Positions 41,832 to 51,558 of a stretch of 64,000 nt of DNA are shown here, one piece after another. The DNA comes from Gammaproteobacteria bacterium. Its GTDB lineage: Bacteria > Pseudomonadota > Gammaproteobacteria > Arenicellales > Poriferihabitantaceae. The position numbers were made by a program, and so were the translations under genes. Numbering within the stretch: position 1 is the stretch's first letter; every line of letters begins with the position of its first letter. The notes under the pieces are model-generated. The model did not search any database. It saw nothing but the letters and a program-made list of their open reading frames with translations, and had not been told where the DNA came from. The stretch is from NCBI GenBank assembly GCA_009842505.1, contig VYFG01000048.1, forward strand, positions 5,082-69,081. The letters run 5' to 3'.

Positions 41832-42118
41832 GGATCGTTCGAAATTACAATAATACCAAGGTGAGTTTATCGGACTGCGGGAGGATGGGGAATCTTCACC
41901 GGGCGGCGGCATGGTGATTTTCATCATCATGTGCCGCGCCGGTTCCATGGTTCCGTTCCGCCCGCGGGGCCCATGCCGGGAACGGTCCCGGCCCCACATG
42001 GAATACGCTGGGCGGGAGTGCTATTCTCACTTCCGCGACATGGAAAACAGGAGACTGCGCCAGGGCAGGAGCCGCGCACCCGGTCCGGCTGCGGCTCCGA
42101 TCCGGAAGAGGTACGCCA

Positions 42119-44479
42119 ATGAACAGTTCCGAAGAGACAAGACGCGAATCCGAGAGGTCCGAGGAGCGGATGGCTGCGCTGAGCGCGGCCATCCTGCGTA
42201 TCAATGCGAGTCTGGATCTCGCCACCGTGCTGCAGGAGGTCGTCGACAGCGCCTGCGCGCTCACCGGCGCGCGCCACGGTGTCATCGCCGCTGCCGACGA
42301 GGCGGGTGAGATGCGCGAACTTGTCGCCTCCGGCTTCACCGACGAGGAGCACCGTCAGTTGGCGAAGTGGTCCGAAGAGGCGCGATTCTTCGAGCACTTC
42401 CGGGACTTTTCGGGGCCGGTGAGTCTCGACGACCTGCCGCCCGATATCCTCGCGGACGGCAGCCCGGAGCACCCGATGCCGACCAGGACCTTCCAGGTCA
42501 CCCCGGTGCGCCACGGGGGCGAGCACATGGGCAGCTTCTTCCTAGCCGGCAAGGAGGGCGCCCCGGAATTCACCGGGGAGGATGAAGAGGCGCTCGTGCT
42601 CTTCGCCTCCCAGGCCGCCACCGCGATCGCAAACGCACGCGCGCGCCGCGACGAACAGCGTGCCCGGGCGGACCTCGAGGCCCTGGTCGAGACTTCGCCG
42701 GTCGGTGTCGTCGTGTTCGACGCGCGGACCGCGCGCACGATGTCGATCAACCGGGAGGCGCGGCGCATCGTCGAGGGACTGAACACCGCGAGCCGCGCTT
42801 CGGGAAATCTGCTCGAGGTGTTGACCTGCCGCTTCGCGGACGGCAGCGAGGTCGCGTTCCCGGAAATCCCCCTGATCCGCGCACTCGGCAACGCCACCAC
42901 GATGCGCGCCGAGGAAATCGTGCTTTCGGTGCCGAACGGGCCCAGCGTCAGGACCCTCATCAACGTGACGCCGATCCGTTCCGACGACGAGGAGGTCGTC
43001 TCGGTGGTCGTCACCCTGCAGGACCTGGCGCCGCTTGAGGAACTGGAACGGCAGCGGGTGGAGTTCCTGAGCATGGTGAGCCACGAACTGCGCGCCCCCC
43101 TGACCTCCATCAAGGGCTCGTCCGCCGCGGTGCTGGGTGCCGCGCCCGCGTTGCCGCGGGCCGAGATGCTGCAGTTCTTCCGCGTCATCGACGGCCAGGC
43201 CGACCACATGCTGGGCCTGATCGGCAACCTGCTCGACGCCGGCCGGATCGAGGCGGGCACGCTGTCGGTGGAACCGGAATCCTCGGAGGTGGCCGCCCTC
43301 GTGGACCGGGCGAGGAACACCTTCCTGAGCGGCGGCGCCAGGCATGCCGTTCGCATCGAGCTGCCGCCCGATCTCCCCCGGGTGATGGCGGACCGGGAAC
43401 GCATTGTCCAGGTGCTGAACAACCTGCTGTCCAACGCGGCTCGGCACTCACCGGAATCCACCCCGATCCGCGTGGAGGCGGCGCACGAGGGGGTGCATGT
43501 CGAGGTCTCGGTCTGCGACTGGGGCCGGGGCATGCCGCCTGAGATGCTGGCGCAGCTCTTTCGCAAGCATGTCGCCCTCGACGGCGCCAACGCCGGGGGA
43601 GGGATCGGAACAACGGGCCTGGGGCTGGCCATATGCAAGGGGCTGGTGGAGGCTCACGGGGGCCGCATCCGCGCCGAGAGTGCGGGGCTCGGCAAGGGCG
43701 CGCGGTTCGCATTCACGCTTCCGGTGGCCGATGCCGAGGAAGTCCGGTCCTATCCCCAGCAGCCCCCGGGCCGCCCGGACCTGCCCGGCGACTCACGGGA
43801 GAAGCCACGCATCCTGATCGTGGATGACGACCCGAAGATGCTGCGCTACGCGCGTGACTCCCTCACCCAGGCGGGCTATACCGCGCTGGTGACCGGTGAC
43901 CCGGAAGAGATTTCCGATCTGATCAACACAGAAAAGCCCCGGCTGGTGCTGCTCGATCTCATGCTGCCGGGGGCTGACGGCATCGAGCTGATGGCGCAGA
44001 TTCCGGAACTCTCCGATCTGCCTGTCATCATCATCTCCGGTTACGGCCACGACGAGACGCTTGCGCGCGCCTTCGACAGCGGCGCGGCGGATTACATCGT
44101 CAAGCCCTTCTCGCCGACCGAACTCACCGCAAGGGTCGGGGCGGCGTTGCGCAGTCGGGTGAGCCCGGAGCCATTCGTGCTCGGCAGGCTCGCCATCGAT
44201 TACGAGCTGCGCCGGGTGACGGTGGGCTCGCGGGCGGTGATCCTCACCGCCACCGAGTACGAACTGCTGCGCATCCTCTCGGTCAACGCCGGGCGGGTAG
44301 TGACCTCCGGGTCGCTGCTGCGCCGGTTCTGGAGCACGCGGAGTCCCGACGATACCGAGCCCGTGCGCACCTTCGTGAAGAAACTCCGGGCCAAGCTCGG
44401 CGACGACGCGGGCTCTCCCACCTATATCTTCAACGAGCGCGGCGTCGGCTACCGCATGGCAAGACCGGGGGAGCAATGA
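42119..44479 (+). CDS. Hybrid regulator GAF-PAS-HisKA-HATPase-REC-winged-helix DNA-binding domain
   Basis: SHELRAPLTSI, NLLSNA, DWGRGM, GLGLAIC, IVDDD..LLDLMLP..KPF, LTATEYELL..LRAKL..RGVGYR; no TM segment. Confidence 0.9.
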   Translation: MNSSEETRRESERSEERMAALSAAILRINASLDLATVLQEVVDSACALTGARHGVIAAADEAGEMRELVASGFTDEEHRQLAKWSEEARFFEHFRDFSGPVSLDDLPPDILADGSPEHPMPTRTFQVTPVRHGGEHMGSFFLAGKEGAPEFTGEDEEALVLFASQAATAIANARARRDEQRARADLEALVETSPVGVVVFDARTARTMSINREARRIVEGLNTASRASGNLLEVLTCRFADGSEVAFPEIPLIRALGNATTMRAEEIVLSVPNGPSVRTLINVTPIRSDDEEVVSVVVTLQDLAPLEELERQRVEFLSMVSHELRAPLTSIKGSSAAVLGAAPALPRAEMLQFFRVIDGQADHMLGLIGNLLDAGRIEAGTLSVEPESSEVAALVDRARNTFLSGGARHAVRIELPPDLPRVMADRERIVQVLNNLLSNAARHSPESTPIRVEAAHEGVHVEVSVCDWGRGMPPEMLAQLFRKHVALDGANAGGGIGTTGLGLAICKGLVEAHGGRIRAESAGLGKGARFAFTLPVADAEEVRSYPQQPPGRPDLPGDSREKPRILIVDDDPKMLRYARDSLTQAGYTALVTGDPEEISDLINTEKPRLVLLDLMLPGADGIELMAQIPELSDLPVIIISGYGHDETLARAFDSGAADYIVKPFSPTELTARVGAALRSRVSPEPFVLGRLAIDYELRRVTVGSRAVILTATEYELLRILSVNAGRVVTSGSLLRRFWSTRSPDDTEPVRTFVKKLRAKLGDDAGSPTYIFNERGVGYRMARPGEQ

Positions 44480-44503
44480 CGGCCCCGCCTTCCCGCCCCG
44501 GGC

Positions 44504-45424
44504 CTATTCCCTGCGGGCTCTCCCAATCCCGGAGCCCGGGTCCCGGCCGACCGCCATCATCCGTTCCCGCTCCTCCCTGAGACCCAGAAGCGAGTTGACC
44601 ATCAGGGTGGCCACGACGATGGCACCCCCGACCAGGGAATGGGCCCCGGGATTCTCTCCCAGCGCCAGCCAGACCCAGACGGGTCCCAGCACGGTTTCCA
44701 GCAGCATCATCAGGCCCACTTCCGGCGCCGGCAGGTATTTTGGTCCGAGGAACATCAGCGCATTGGCCACTGGCAGCATGATCATGCCCATGACGATGAG
44801 CCAGCCGAGGTCGGCGTTGGTGGTTTCCCCCGGAGCCACCAGCGGGGCCAGGAACAGGGCGGTGAAAATCCCGCCAAGGCCCAGCGCGGGCATGATATCG
44901 CGGTTGCGGGCGGCCCGGATGAGGGAAAACTGGGTGCCGAGAATGAAGGCGGCGCACAGTCCGACAATGTCCCCGAGCCAGGCCCCCTCGAGGCGGACGC
45001 TGCCCCGGGTGATCACCGAGATCCCCACCATCACCATGACGATGGCGAACCAGGTGCGCCGCGGGACGCGCTCTCGCAGGAACAGCCAGGCGATCACCGC
45101 GGCCCAGATCGGTGTGGTGCTCAACATGAACAGTGTGTTCGCCACCGAGGTATGGGTAATGGAATAGATGAAGCAGGTATTGCCAAGCCCGAAACAGATC
45201 ATGATGCCGTATTCCGCGGCGGAGAACCGGCCTAGGTGTGCGAACAGCCGGCCGCGATAGCGCAGGACGGCGAACAGCGAGACGACGATCCCGTACAGCA
45301 GGCAGCGCCAGAACGTGATGGTCAGGGCTTCCGCCTGGATCAGCCGTGTCAGCAGGCCGTCGGGGCTGAGGGCGAGTACCCCGAGCATCGTGATCAGATA
45401 CCCCTTGGATCGGGTCGACAGCAT
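44504..45424 (-). CDS. DMT/EamA family transporter
   Basis: About 10 TM; WLFLRE, LLETVLGPVWVWLALGE. Confidence 0.86.
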   Translation of the reverse strand: MLSTRSKGYLITMLGVLALSPDGLLTRLIQAEALTITFWRCLLYGIVVSLFAVLRYRGRLFAHLGRFSAAEYGIMICFGLGNTCFIYSITHTSVANTLFMLSTTPIWAAVIAWLFLRERVPRRTWFAIVMVMVGISVITRGSVRLEGAWLGDIVGLCAAFILGTQFSLIRAARNRDIMPALGLGGIFTALFLAPLVAPGETTNADLGWLIVMGMIMLPVANALMFLGPKYLPAPEVGLMMLLETVLGPVWVWLALGENPGAHSLVGGAIVVATLMVNSLLGLREERERMMAVGRDPGSGIGRARRE

Positions 45425-46629
45425 CAGCAGCCAGGCAGGTGTTCTTTCACGGAGGCGGCCAGCGCCCGGGGAACCCGGCCGGACAGGTCGACGCCCTGGC
45501 AGCCGTTGAAGGCGGCGAAATCCCGCAATGCCCGGGCGAACGCCACGGCGAAGCGGTCCGTTGCCCGCAACCCGGGTTCCGGCACCAGGCACCGCACCTC
45601 CAACATACCCAGATTCCGGTGGGCCTTCAGGTCCGTGCGCGCTACCAGCCTGCCGCGCCAAAGCACCGGCAGGACGAAGTACCCGTACACCCGTTTCCCT
45701 TCGGGGACATAGCATTCCAGCTGGTAGTCGAAATCAAACAGTTCCCTGACTCGCCTGCGCTGTATGACCAGGTTGTCGAAGGGCGACAACAGGCAGGCCT
45801 TCTCCCTTTGCAGGCGATGGTTCAGCAGGTCCAGGGAATCCGGCAACACCAGCCAGGACCCGGCCCTGACCCTGACCTCGAGGATCTCGCCGGACCTGAC
45901 CATGGCGCGGACGACCCGGGCAACCGGATCCCGCATCCCCTGGCGCAAGTGGACGAAGTCGGTCACCCTGCCGAGGCCGTTGGCCCTGAGGAACGAGGTC
46001 ACGAGATACCGGGCGAATTCCTGGCTGCCGGGCGCGGAGGTGTCCGTTCCCTCGGGCAATACCCGCTCGGTCAGGTCGTAGACCTTGTTGAACCCCTCGC
46101 GGCGCACGGACATGATGCGCCCCTCGATGAACAGTTGCTCGAGCGCATATTTCGCCGGTTTCCAGTCCCACATCTCGCGCCTCCCGGAGCCGGTGTCCTC
46201 GAAGTCCCGCGACATCAGCGGCCCTTCCTCGCGAATCCGCGCCAGCACCCGCCGCATCAGCTTCACATCCTTGGAATGCCAGCGTCCGCCACCCCCGCGT
46301 TCCGCCAGCATGCGCGGCAGGGCGAACCGGTAGTCCTCCATCGGCAGGTAGGCGGCGGCATGGGACCAGTATTCGAAAACCCTGCCCTTCGCCACCAGCC
46401 GGTCCAGGTGTGCCTGCCGGTAGCGCGGATTGCGGTTCCAGAGGGTGTGGTGGTGTGCGCGTTCGATCACCGAGATCGTGTCGATCTGGACATAGCCGAG
46501 ATGACGTATGACCCGGCGGGTTGCCTCCTCGGCCGAACCGCCGGTGACAGAACGCGGTACACCCTGGCTGGCGAGGACCAGCTTGCGTGCCTCGTCGATG
46601 GAGAGCGATTCGGGAACGACTCGGGCCAA
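45424..46629 (-). CDS. YcaQ/AlkZ-like winged-helix DNA glycosylase (crosslink repair)
   Basis: YVQIDTISVIERAHH (QxD), FEYWSH, LLSPFDN, YQLECYVP..KRVYGYF; start uncertain. Confidence 0.87.
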   Translation of the reverse strand: MARVVPESLSIDEARKLVLASQGVPRSVTGGSAEEATRRVIRHLGYVQIDTISVIERAHHHTLWNRNPRYRQAHLDRLVAKGRVFEYWSHAAAYLPMEDYRFALPRMLAERGGGGRWHSKDVKLMRRVLARIREEGPLMSRDFEDTGSGRREMWDWKPAKYALEQLFIEGRIMSVRREGFNKVYDLTERVLPEGTDTSAPGSQEFARYLVTSFLRANGLGRVTDFVHLRQGMRDPVARVVRAMVRSGEILEVRVRAGSWLVLPDSLDLLNHRLQREKACLLSPFDNLVIQRRRVRELFDFDYQLECYVPEGKRVYGYFVLPVLWRGRLVARTDLKAHRNLGMLEVRCLVPEPGLRATDRFAVAFARALRDFAAFNGCQGVDLSGRVPRALAASVKEHLPGC

Positions 46630-46714
46630 TGTCAATGCAGGAAGGGTACCGGGACCGGATTCTAACCTGCTATCGGTGTCCGGCACCCGGACCGGGCACC
46701 GGAGTCCGGTCCCT

Positions 46715-47635
46715 CTATGCGCTCCCGGGCCCGGACTTTCCCTGCTTTCTCGCTGCCTTCTTCGCGGCCCTGGCCGCACGCTCCTTGGCCACCTCGCGCA
46801 GTTCATCCTCGATCATTTCCGGCGTCTCCAGGGTGATCCCCCCCAGGTGGCCCGCACGAAAGTCGTTGAGCAGGATTCTGGCGGCCCGGTCCATGTCCAC
46901 CACGCCGCCACGGCCGAGACAGCCGCGGCTCCGCCCCAGGGCCTCCAGGATCGCCTCCCCGCCGGCCAGCCCGGCATCCAGGGCATAACGATCGGCCATG
47001 GGCCCCGGGTATTGGGCAACGAGGAACCCGGCAAGGTACATGGCGATCTCGACATGGGATATCGCAGTTTCCCGGATCGCGCCGGTGACGGCGAGGCGGA
47101 AGCCGCTGTGTGCATTCTCCACGTTGGGCCAAAGGACCCCCGGCGTATCGAGCAGCACCACGCCATCGCCGACGGCTACCCTCTGCTGCCGTTTCGTGAT
47201 CGCCGGCTCGTTGCCGGTTTTTGCCACCGAGCGCCCCGCCAGGATGTTGATCACGGTGGACTTGCCCACGTTGGGTATGCCGGCCACCATGGCCACAACC
47301 GGGTCCGGACGGCGTGGAAACCCGGCGCTGCACAGTCCAACGATGCGCTTTACCTCCGCAGGCCGGCGGGCGGATACGGCGAGGGATTTGCCCTGGTGCC
47401 CCTTGCGGTACCAGTCGGTCCAGACCTCCGTGCGTGCCGGGTCCGCCAGGTCCGCCCGGGTCATCACCCGGATGACCGGCTTGTCACGGCGCAGTTCCGC
47501 CAGCATCGGATTCGCGCTCGAAAACGGCAGCCTGGCATCCAGCAGTTCCACCACCACGTCCACGCCGGCAAGCGCGGCCCGCATCTCTCGGGCCGCCTTG
47601 TGCATGTGTCCGGGATACCACTGTATCTTCACCAC
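46715..47635 (-). CDS. ylqF: Ribosome biogenesis GTPase YlqF/RbgA
   Basis: IQWYPGHM, DARLP, GIPNVGKST, LDTPGVLWP (circularly permuted GTPase). Confidence 0.93.
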   Translation of the reverse strand: MVKIQWYPGHMHKAAREMRAALAGVDVVVELLDARLPFSSANPMLAELRRDKPVIRVMTRADLADPARTEVWTDWYRKGHQGKSLAVSARRPAEVKRIVGLCSAGFPRRPDPVVAMVAGIPNVGKSTVINILAGRSVAKTGNEPAITKRQQRVAVGDGVVLLDTPGVLWPNVENAHSGFRLAVTGAIRETAISHVEIAMYLAGFLVAQYPGPMADRYALDAGLAGGEAILEALGRSRGCLGRGGVVDMDRAARILLNDFRAGHLGGITLETPEMIEDELREVAKERAARAAKKAARKQGKSGPGSA

Positions 47636-47642
47636 GGAGACC

Positions 47643-48695
47643 CTATTGCCGTTTCCTGCCGGGTCCGGACGCGGTCCGCCGGCCCCGGCCGCGGGACTCT
47701 CCGTCGCCGCGCCCAGACCCCGCAGGTCCGGTCGCCCTGGATTTTCCGGTCTTCCCAGCAGCGCTCCGCCGGGTCCCGCCGGCCCGGGCGCCGGGGCGCT
47801 TGCCGGGAGGCCTGTCGGGTCGGGTTCCTGCCCTGCCCGCCGGCAGTCTGTCCGAATCGCCCGGCCCGGCCAGGGTGATCTCCCGGTCCCCGATCACGAT
47901 GAGGCGCTCCCGGTAGAGGCCCCCCAGGGCCTTCTTGTAGTAGCCCTTGCTGACGCCGAATACCTCCAGGATGCGCTCGGGCGGCGCATGGTCCGTCAGG
48001 TCGGATCGTCCGCCGTGGGATTCGAGGTGGTCGATGATCTCCCTGGCAAGACCCCGCCTTGTTTTCGCCCGCTCCGGGGTGAGAGCGAGGTCAATGCGCT
48101 GATCGTCGCTGCGGACCCGCTTGATGAACCCCTTGATGTTCATGCCGGGACTGAGTCGGCGCACCGCATCCCGGTGAAAGATCATGCCGACGTGGGTATG
48201 CCCGATCACCGCCTTCCAGCCCAGGTCCGTCCGGGCTGCAATCAACAGATCCACCGGTTGCCCCACCCGGAAACCCGTGCCCTCCTCCTGCAGCCGGCGG
48301 CCCAGGCGTGAACTTGCCGCCACCCGGTCCGTGTTCTTGTCCAGGTAGGCGGTCACCACGTAGGAATTTCCCACCTCCATGCGCACGGCCTGCTCGGCGA
48401 AGGGCGCCAGGAGATCCTTGGGCAGTCCCCAGTCCAGGAAGGCGCCCACGTTATTGACCGCGACCACCCTGAGGAACGAACACTGGCCAACCTGGATTTT
48501 CGGGGTGTGCGTGGTGGCAATGAGGCGGTCCTCGGAGTCGCGGTACACGAATACCGTCACGGCCTCCCCGGGCGCCAGCCCCTCGGGGATCTCCTTCCCG
48601 GGCAACAGGATTTCCCTGCCGTCGCCCGCATCGAGAAACATGCCGGGGCCGGACTGTCTGATCGCCGTGAGGTTGTTGAGTCTGCCGATCTGCAC
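47643..48695 (-). CDS. CvfB-like S1 RNA-binding protein
   Basis: VFVYRDSEDRLIAT, GAFLDWGLPKDLL, FGVSKGYYKKALGGL; low-complexity C-terminal tail. Confidence 0.88.
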   Translation of the reverse strand: MQIGRLNNLTAIRQSGPGMFLDAGDGREILLPGKEIPEGLAPGEAVTVFVYRDSEDRLIATTHTPKIQVGQCSFLRVVAVNNVGAFLDWGLPKDLLAPFAEQAVRMEVGNSYVVTAYLDKNTDRVAASSRLGRRLQEEGTGFRVGQPVDLLIAARTDLGWKAVIGHTHVGMIFHRDAVRRLSPGMNIKGFIKRVRSDDQRIDLALTPERAKTRRGLAREIIDHLESHGGRSDLTDHAPPERILEVFGVSKGYYKKALGGLYRERLIVIGDREITLAGPGDSDRLPAGRAGTRPDRPPGKRPGARAGGTRRSAAGKTGKSRATGPAGSGRGDGESRGRGRRTASGPGRKRQ

Positions 48696-48988
48696 GGGGA
48701 CGCCCCTGATTGGATGCACGAGTGTACTGCATTTGCCGGTGCCCGGGTCGGACAGGCCCCGGCCCCGCAGTCCGCCTTGCGGGATTTACCTGCTTGTCCC
48801 ACAATAGGCCAACGGTCCGTTTCGCGGCTTTGGCCGGCCGTGATCATTCCCGATCGGAGCCTGCGGAACCGACCGGCGCGCAAGCGCACCACAGCCACGA
48901 CCCGGTCAATGGATGTGGGACCGGTTTTCACCCTGTCCCGATTCCATCAGGACAGACCGGACAACGGCGTCACCCGGATACCCGCTCA

Positions 48989-49762
48989 ATGTGCATACTG
49001 TTCGTCGCGCTGAACCAGCATCCGCGCTACCCCCTGATCATCGCCGCCAACCGGGACGAGTACCACGCCCGTCCCAGCCTCTCCATGCACTGGTGGGAGG
49101 ACCGGCCCCGCATCTTCGCCGGCCGGGACTTGAGCGCCGGCGGCACCTGGCTTGGCATCAACCGCGACGGCGCATTCGCCGCGGTAACCAACTTCCGCAC
49201 CGGGGAAGATCACCGCGCCGATGGCCGCAGCCGTGGAGAGCTGGCGGTCAGATACCTGGAGTCGTCCGGAACCCCGGCGGATTTCCACGGGTTTCTCCGG
49301 CAACACCACCATGAATACAATCCGTTCAACCTGGTGTACGGCGACCGGCGGGGCCTGCATACCTGGGGATACGACAATCCCGGGGCACGTGCCCTGGATT
49401 CCGGTTTCCACAGTGTCAGCAACGGCCCCATGGACACGATCTGGCCCAAGATGTCCCGCGGCGTGACCGGACTTGCCAGGCAGATCCGGGATCACCCGGA
49501 CATCGGTCCGGAAACCCTACTGCCGCTGATGCTGGACACCACCCCTGCCCCGGACGGGGATTTGCCCGGCGGGGGGCCGGATCTCGAAAGGGAACGCCAG
49601 CTGTCTCCCATCTACATCCGGGGAGAGGAATACGGCACCCGCACCACCACGATTCTCCTGTTCCGGGAAGACGGTATCGGCATCTCCGAATACGAACACG
49701 GACCCGAACGGCCGGCTACATCCGCAAACCGGTTCCACGTCCCGGACACCGCCGCCGGCTGA
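48989..49762 (+). CDS. NRDE family (TANGO2-like) protein
   Basis: MC start, AANRDEY, GGTWLG, SRGEL, YGTRT. Confidence 0.92.
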   Translation: MCILFVALNQHPRYPLIIAANRDEYHARPSLSMHWWEDRPRIFAGRDLSAGGTWLGINRDGAFAAVTNFRTGEDHRADGRSRGELAVRYLESSGTPADFHGFLRQHHHEYNPFNLVYGDRRGLHTWGYDNPGARALDSGFHSVSNGPMDTIWPKMSRGVTGLARQIRDHPDIGPETLLPLMLDTTPAPDGDLPGGGPDLERERQLSPIYIRGEEYGTRTTTILLFREDGIGISEYEHGPERPATSANRFHVPDTAAG

Positions 49763-49934
49763 GCGGGAATTCCGGCGTCCCCGGCGGCGGATCACGGGAC
49801 AGGCCTCCGGCGGCGGCGGCGTGGATCGGGTCGGTATTCCCGCACCGGACCGCGGAATCCGCCGAATCCGGCACAAATGCCGCGCCAGTCAAGTTAGAAT
49901 CCCGCTGTCAGAAACCGAAAATCCGGCTGTCGCC

Positions 49935-50315
49935 ATGCCCTGGCCCGAAAACCAGACGAGCGTTCTTGACGAACCGCTCGCCGTCTGCTCCATCAGTCCC
50001 ATGACGGGGTTCGTCCGCAACGGTTGCTGCGAAACCGGGCCCGAGGATGTGGGTTCCCACACGGTCTGTGTCGAGGTGACCGCCGAATTTCTCGAGTTCA
50101 GCAAGTCCCGGGGCAACGACCTGTCCACCCCGATACCGGCCTTTGAATTTCCCGGCCTCAAGCCAGGTGACCGCTGGTGCCTGTGCGCGGCGCGCTGGCA
50201 GGAAGCCCTGGAAGCCGGCGCCGCTCCCAAGGTGGTCATGCGGGCCACGCACCAGAGGGCACTGGAAATCATCGGGTTCGCCGACCTTTCCCGCCACGCC
50301 ATCGACATTTCCTGA
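49935..50315 (+). CDS. DUF2237-family protein
   Basis: PMTGFVRNGCC, GNDLSTP, FPGLKPGDRWCLCA. Confidence 0.88.
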   Translation: MPWPENQTSVLDEPLAVCSISPMTGFVRNGCCETGPEDVGSHTVCVEVTAEFLEFSKSRGNDLSTPIPAFEFPGLKPGDRWCLCAARWQEALEAGAAPKVVMRATHQRALEIIGFADLSRHAIDIS

Positions 50316-51547
50316 TGTCCGGCAAGACCGCCGTTGTGATCGGCGCCGGTATTGTCGGGGTCAGTGTTGCCCTGTGGATACAGCGGCGCGGTCATCGCGT
50401 CATCCTGCTTGACCGCGGCGAGCCGGGCATGGGCACCTCCTACGGCAATGCCTGCATCATCGCGAATTACGGCTGCATCCCGATCAACAGCCCTGCCCTG
50501 TTCACGGCGCTTCCATCGCTCCTGTGGTCCCGGGAAAGCCCGCTCAGGCTGGATCCGTTCCATGCGCTCCGCCATCCCGGCTGGATGCTGGACTTCCTCA
50601 GAAACTGCACCCCTGCCCGCGTGGACCGGACTGTCCGGGCCCTCAGCGCGCTGCTTTCACGTACCGGCGACGGTCTCGACCCGCTGGTGGGTGACGCCGG
50701 CGCGGAATCCCTGATACGCCGGGACGGCAGCATCTATGCCTACGCGACCCGCCGGGCCTATGAGGACGCCGTCCCGTCCAACCGCAGGCGTGCGGAGGAG
50801 GGGGCGGTCTTCGACACCATCGATGGCCGGGAACTCCGGGACCTGGAGCCGGCCATCGACATGGATTTCTACCGCGCGCTCAGGTTTACGGATGCGCAGC
50901 AGGTCGCCAACCCGAAAACCCTCGTGGACCGGTACATGGAGCATTTCAGCGCCCGGGGAGGCGTCTTCCGGCGGGCCTGCGTCAGGATGGTGGAACCGGA
51001 TCCGGGCGTGATCCTGGATGACGGGGAGCGGATTCCCGCAGACACGGTCGTGGTATCCGCGGGGGCATATTCGAGAACCATCGCCGGTGCCGGAACAAGG
51101 CGGCTGCCGCTGAATGTCGAGCGTGGCTACCATGTCCAGTTCCCCGGCCGGCAATCACTGCTCGGCAGGCCCGTCGCCTGGGCGGAGCGCGGCTTCTACG
51201 CCACCCCTACCACTGCGGGTCTTCGATTCGCCGGCACGGTGGAAATCGCCGCGCTGGACAAGCCCCCCAGCCCCGCGCGCATCGAATACCTCACCCGCAA
51301 CGCCAAGCGGATGTTCGGCCTGGAGGAGGACCCCGCGCAATCCTGGCTGGGATTCAGGCCCACGTTCCCGGACGCCCTGCCCGTGATCGGACCCAGCCCG
51401 GTTTCACCGGACATCCTGCTGGCGTTCGGCCACCACCATCTCGGCCTGACTCTGTCCGGCATCACCGGGATGCTGATTTCCGAAATCATGGAGGGCCGCA
51501 GGCCCTCGCTGGACATCACCCCCTACTCTGTCGGCCGGTTTTCCTGA
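50315..51547 (+). CDS. FAD-dependent D-amino acid dehydrogenase-like oxidoreductase
   Basis: GAGIVG, TSYGNA, ERGYH, WLGFRP..PDALPVIG, AFGHHHLGLT. Confidence 0.88.
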   Translation: MSGKTAVVIGAGIVGVSVALWIQRRGHRVILLDRGEPGMGTSYGNACIIANYGCIPINSPALFTALPSLLWSRESPLRLDPFHALRHPGWMLDFLRNCTPARVDRTVRALSALLSRTGDGLDPLVGDAGAESLIRRDGSIYAYATRRAYEDAVPSNRRRAEEGAVFDTIDGRELRDLEPAIDMDFYRALRFTDAQQVANPKTLVDRYMEHFSARGGVFRRACVRMVEPDPGVILDDGERIPADTVVVSAGAYSRTIAGAGTRRLPLNVERGYHVQFPGRQSLLGRPVAWAERGFYATPTTAGLRFAGTVEIAALDKPPSPARIEYLTRNAKRMFGLEEDPAQSWLGFRPTFPDALPVIGPSPVSPDILLAFGHHHLGLTLSGITGMLISEIMEGRRPSLDITPYSVGRFS

Positions 51548-51558
51548 GCGATTTCCGC

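Noticed and set aside
47643-47870. About 75-aa R/G/P-rich tail on the CvfB-like protein as a novel domain
   Set aside because: Most simply read-through into GC-rich intergenic DNA after stop loss. No evidence of structure.
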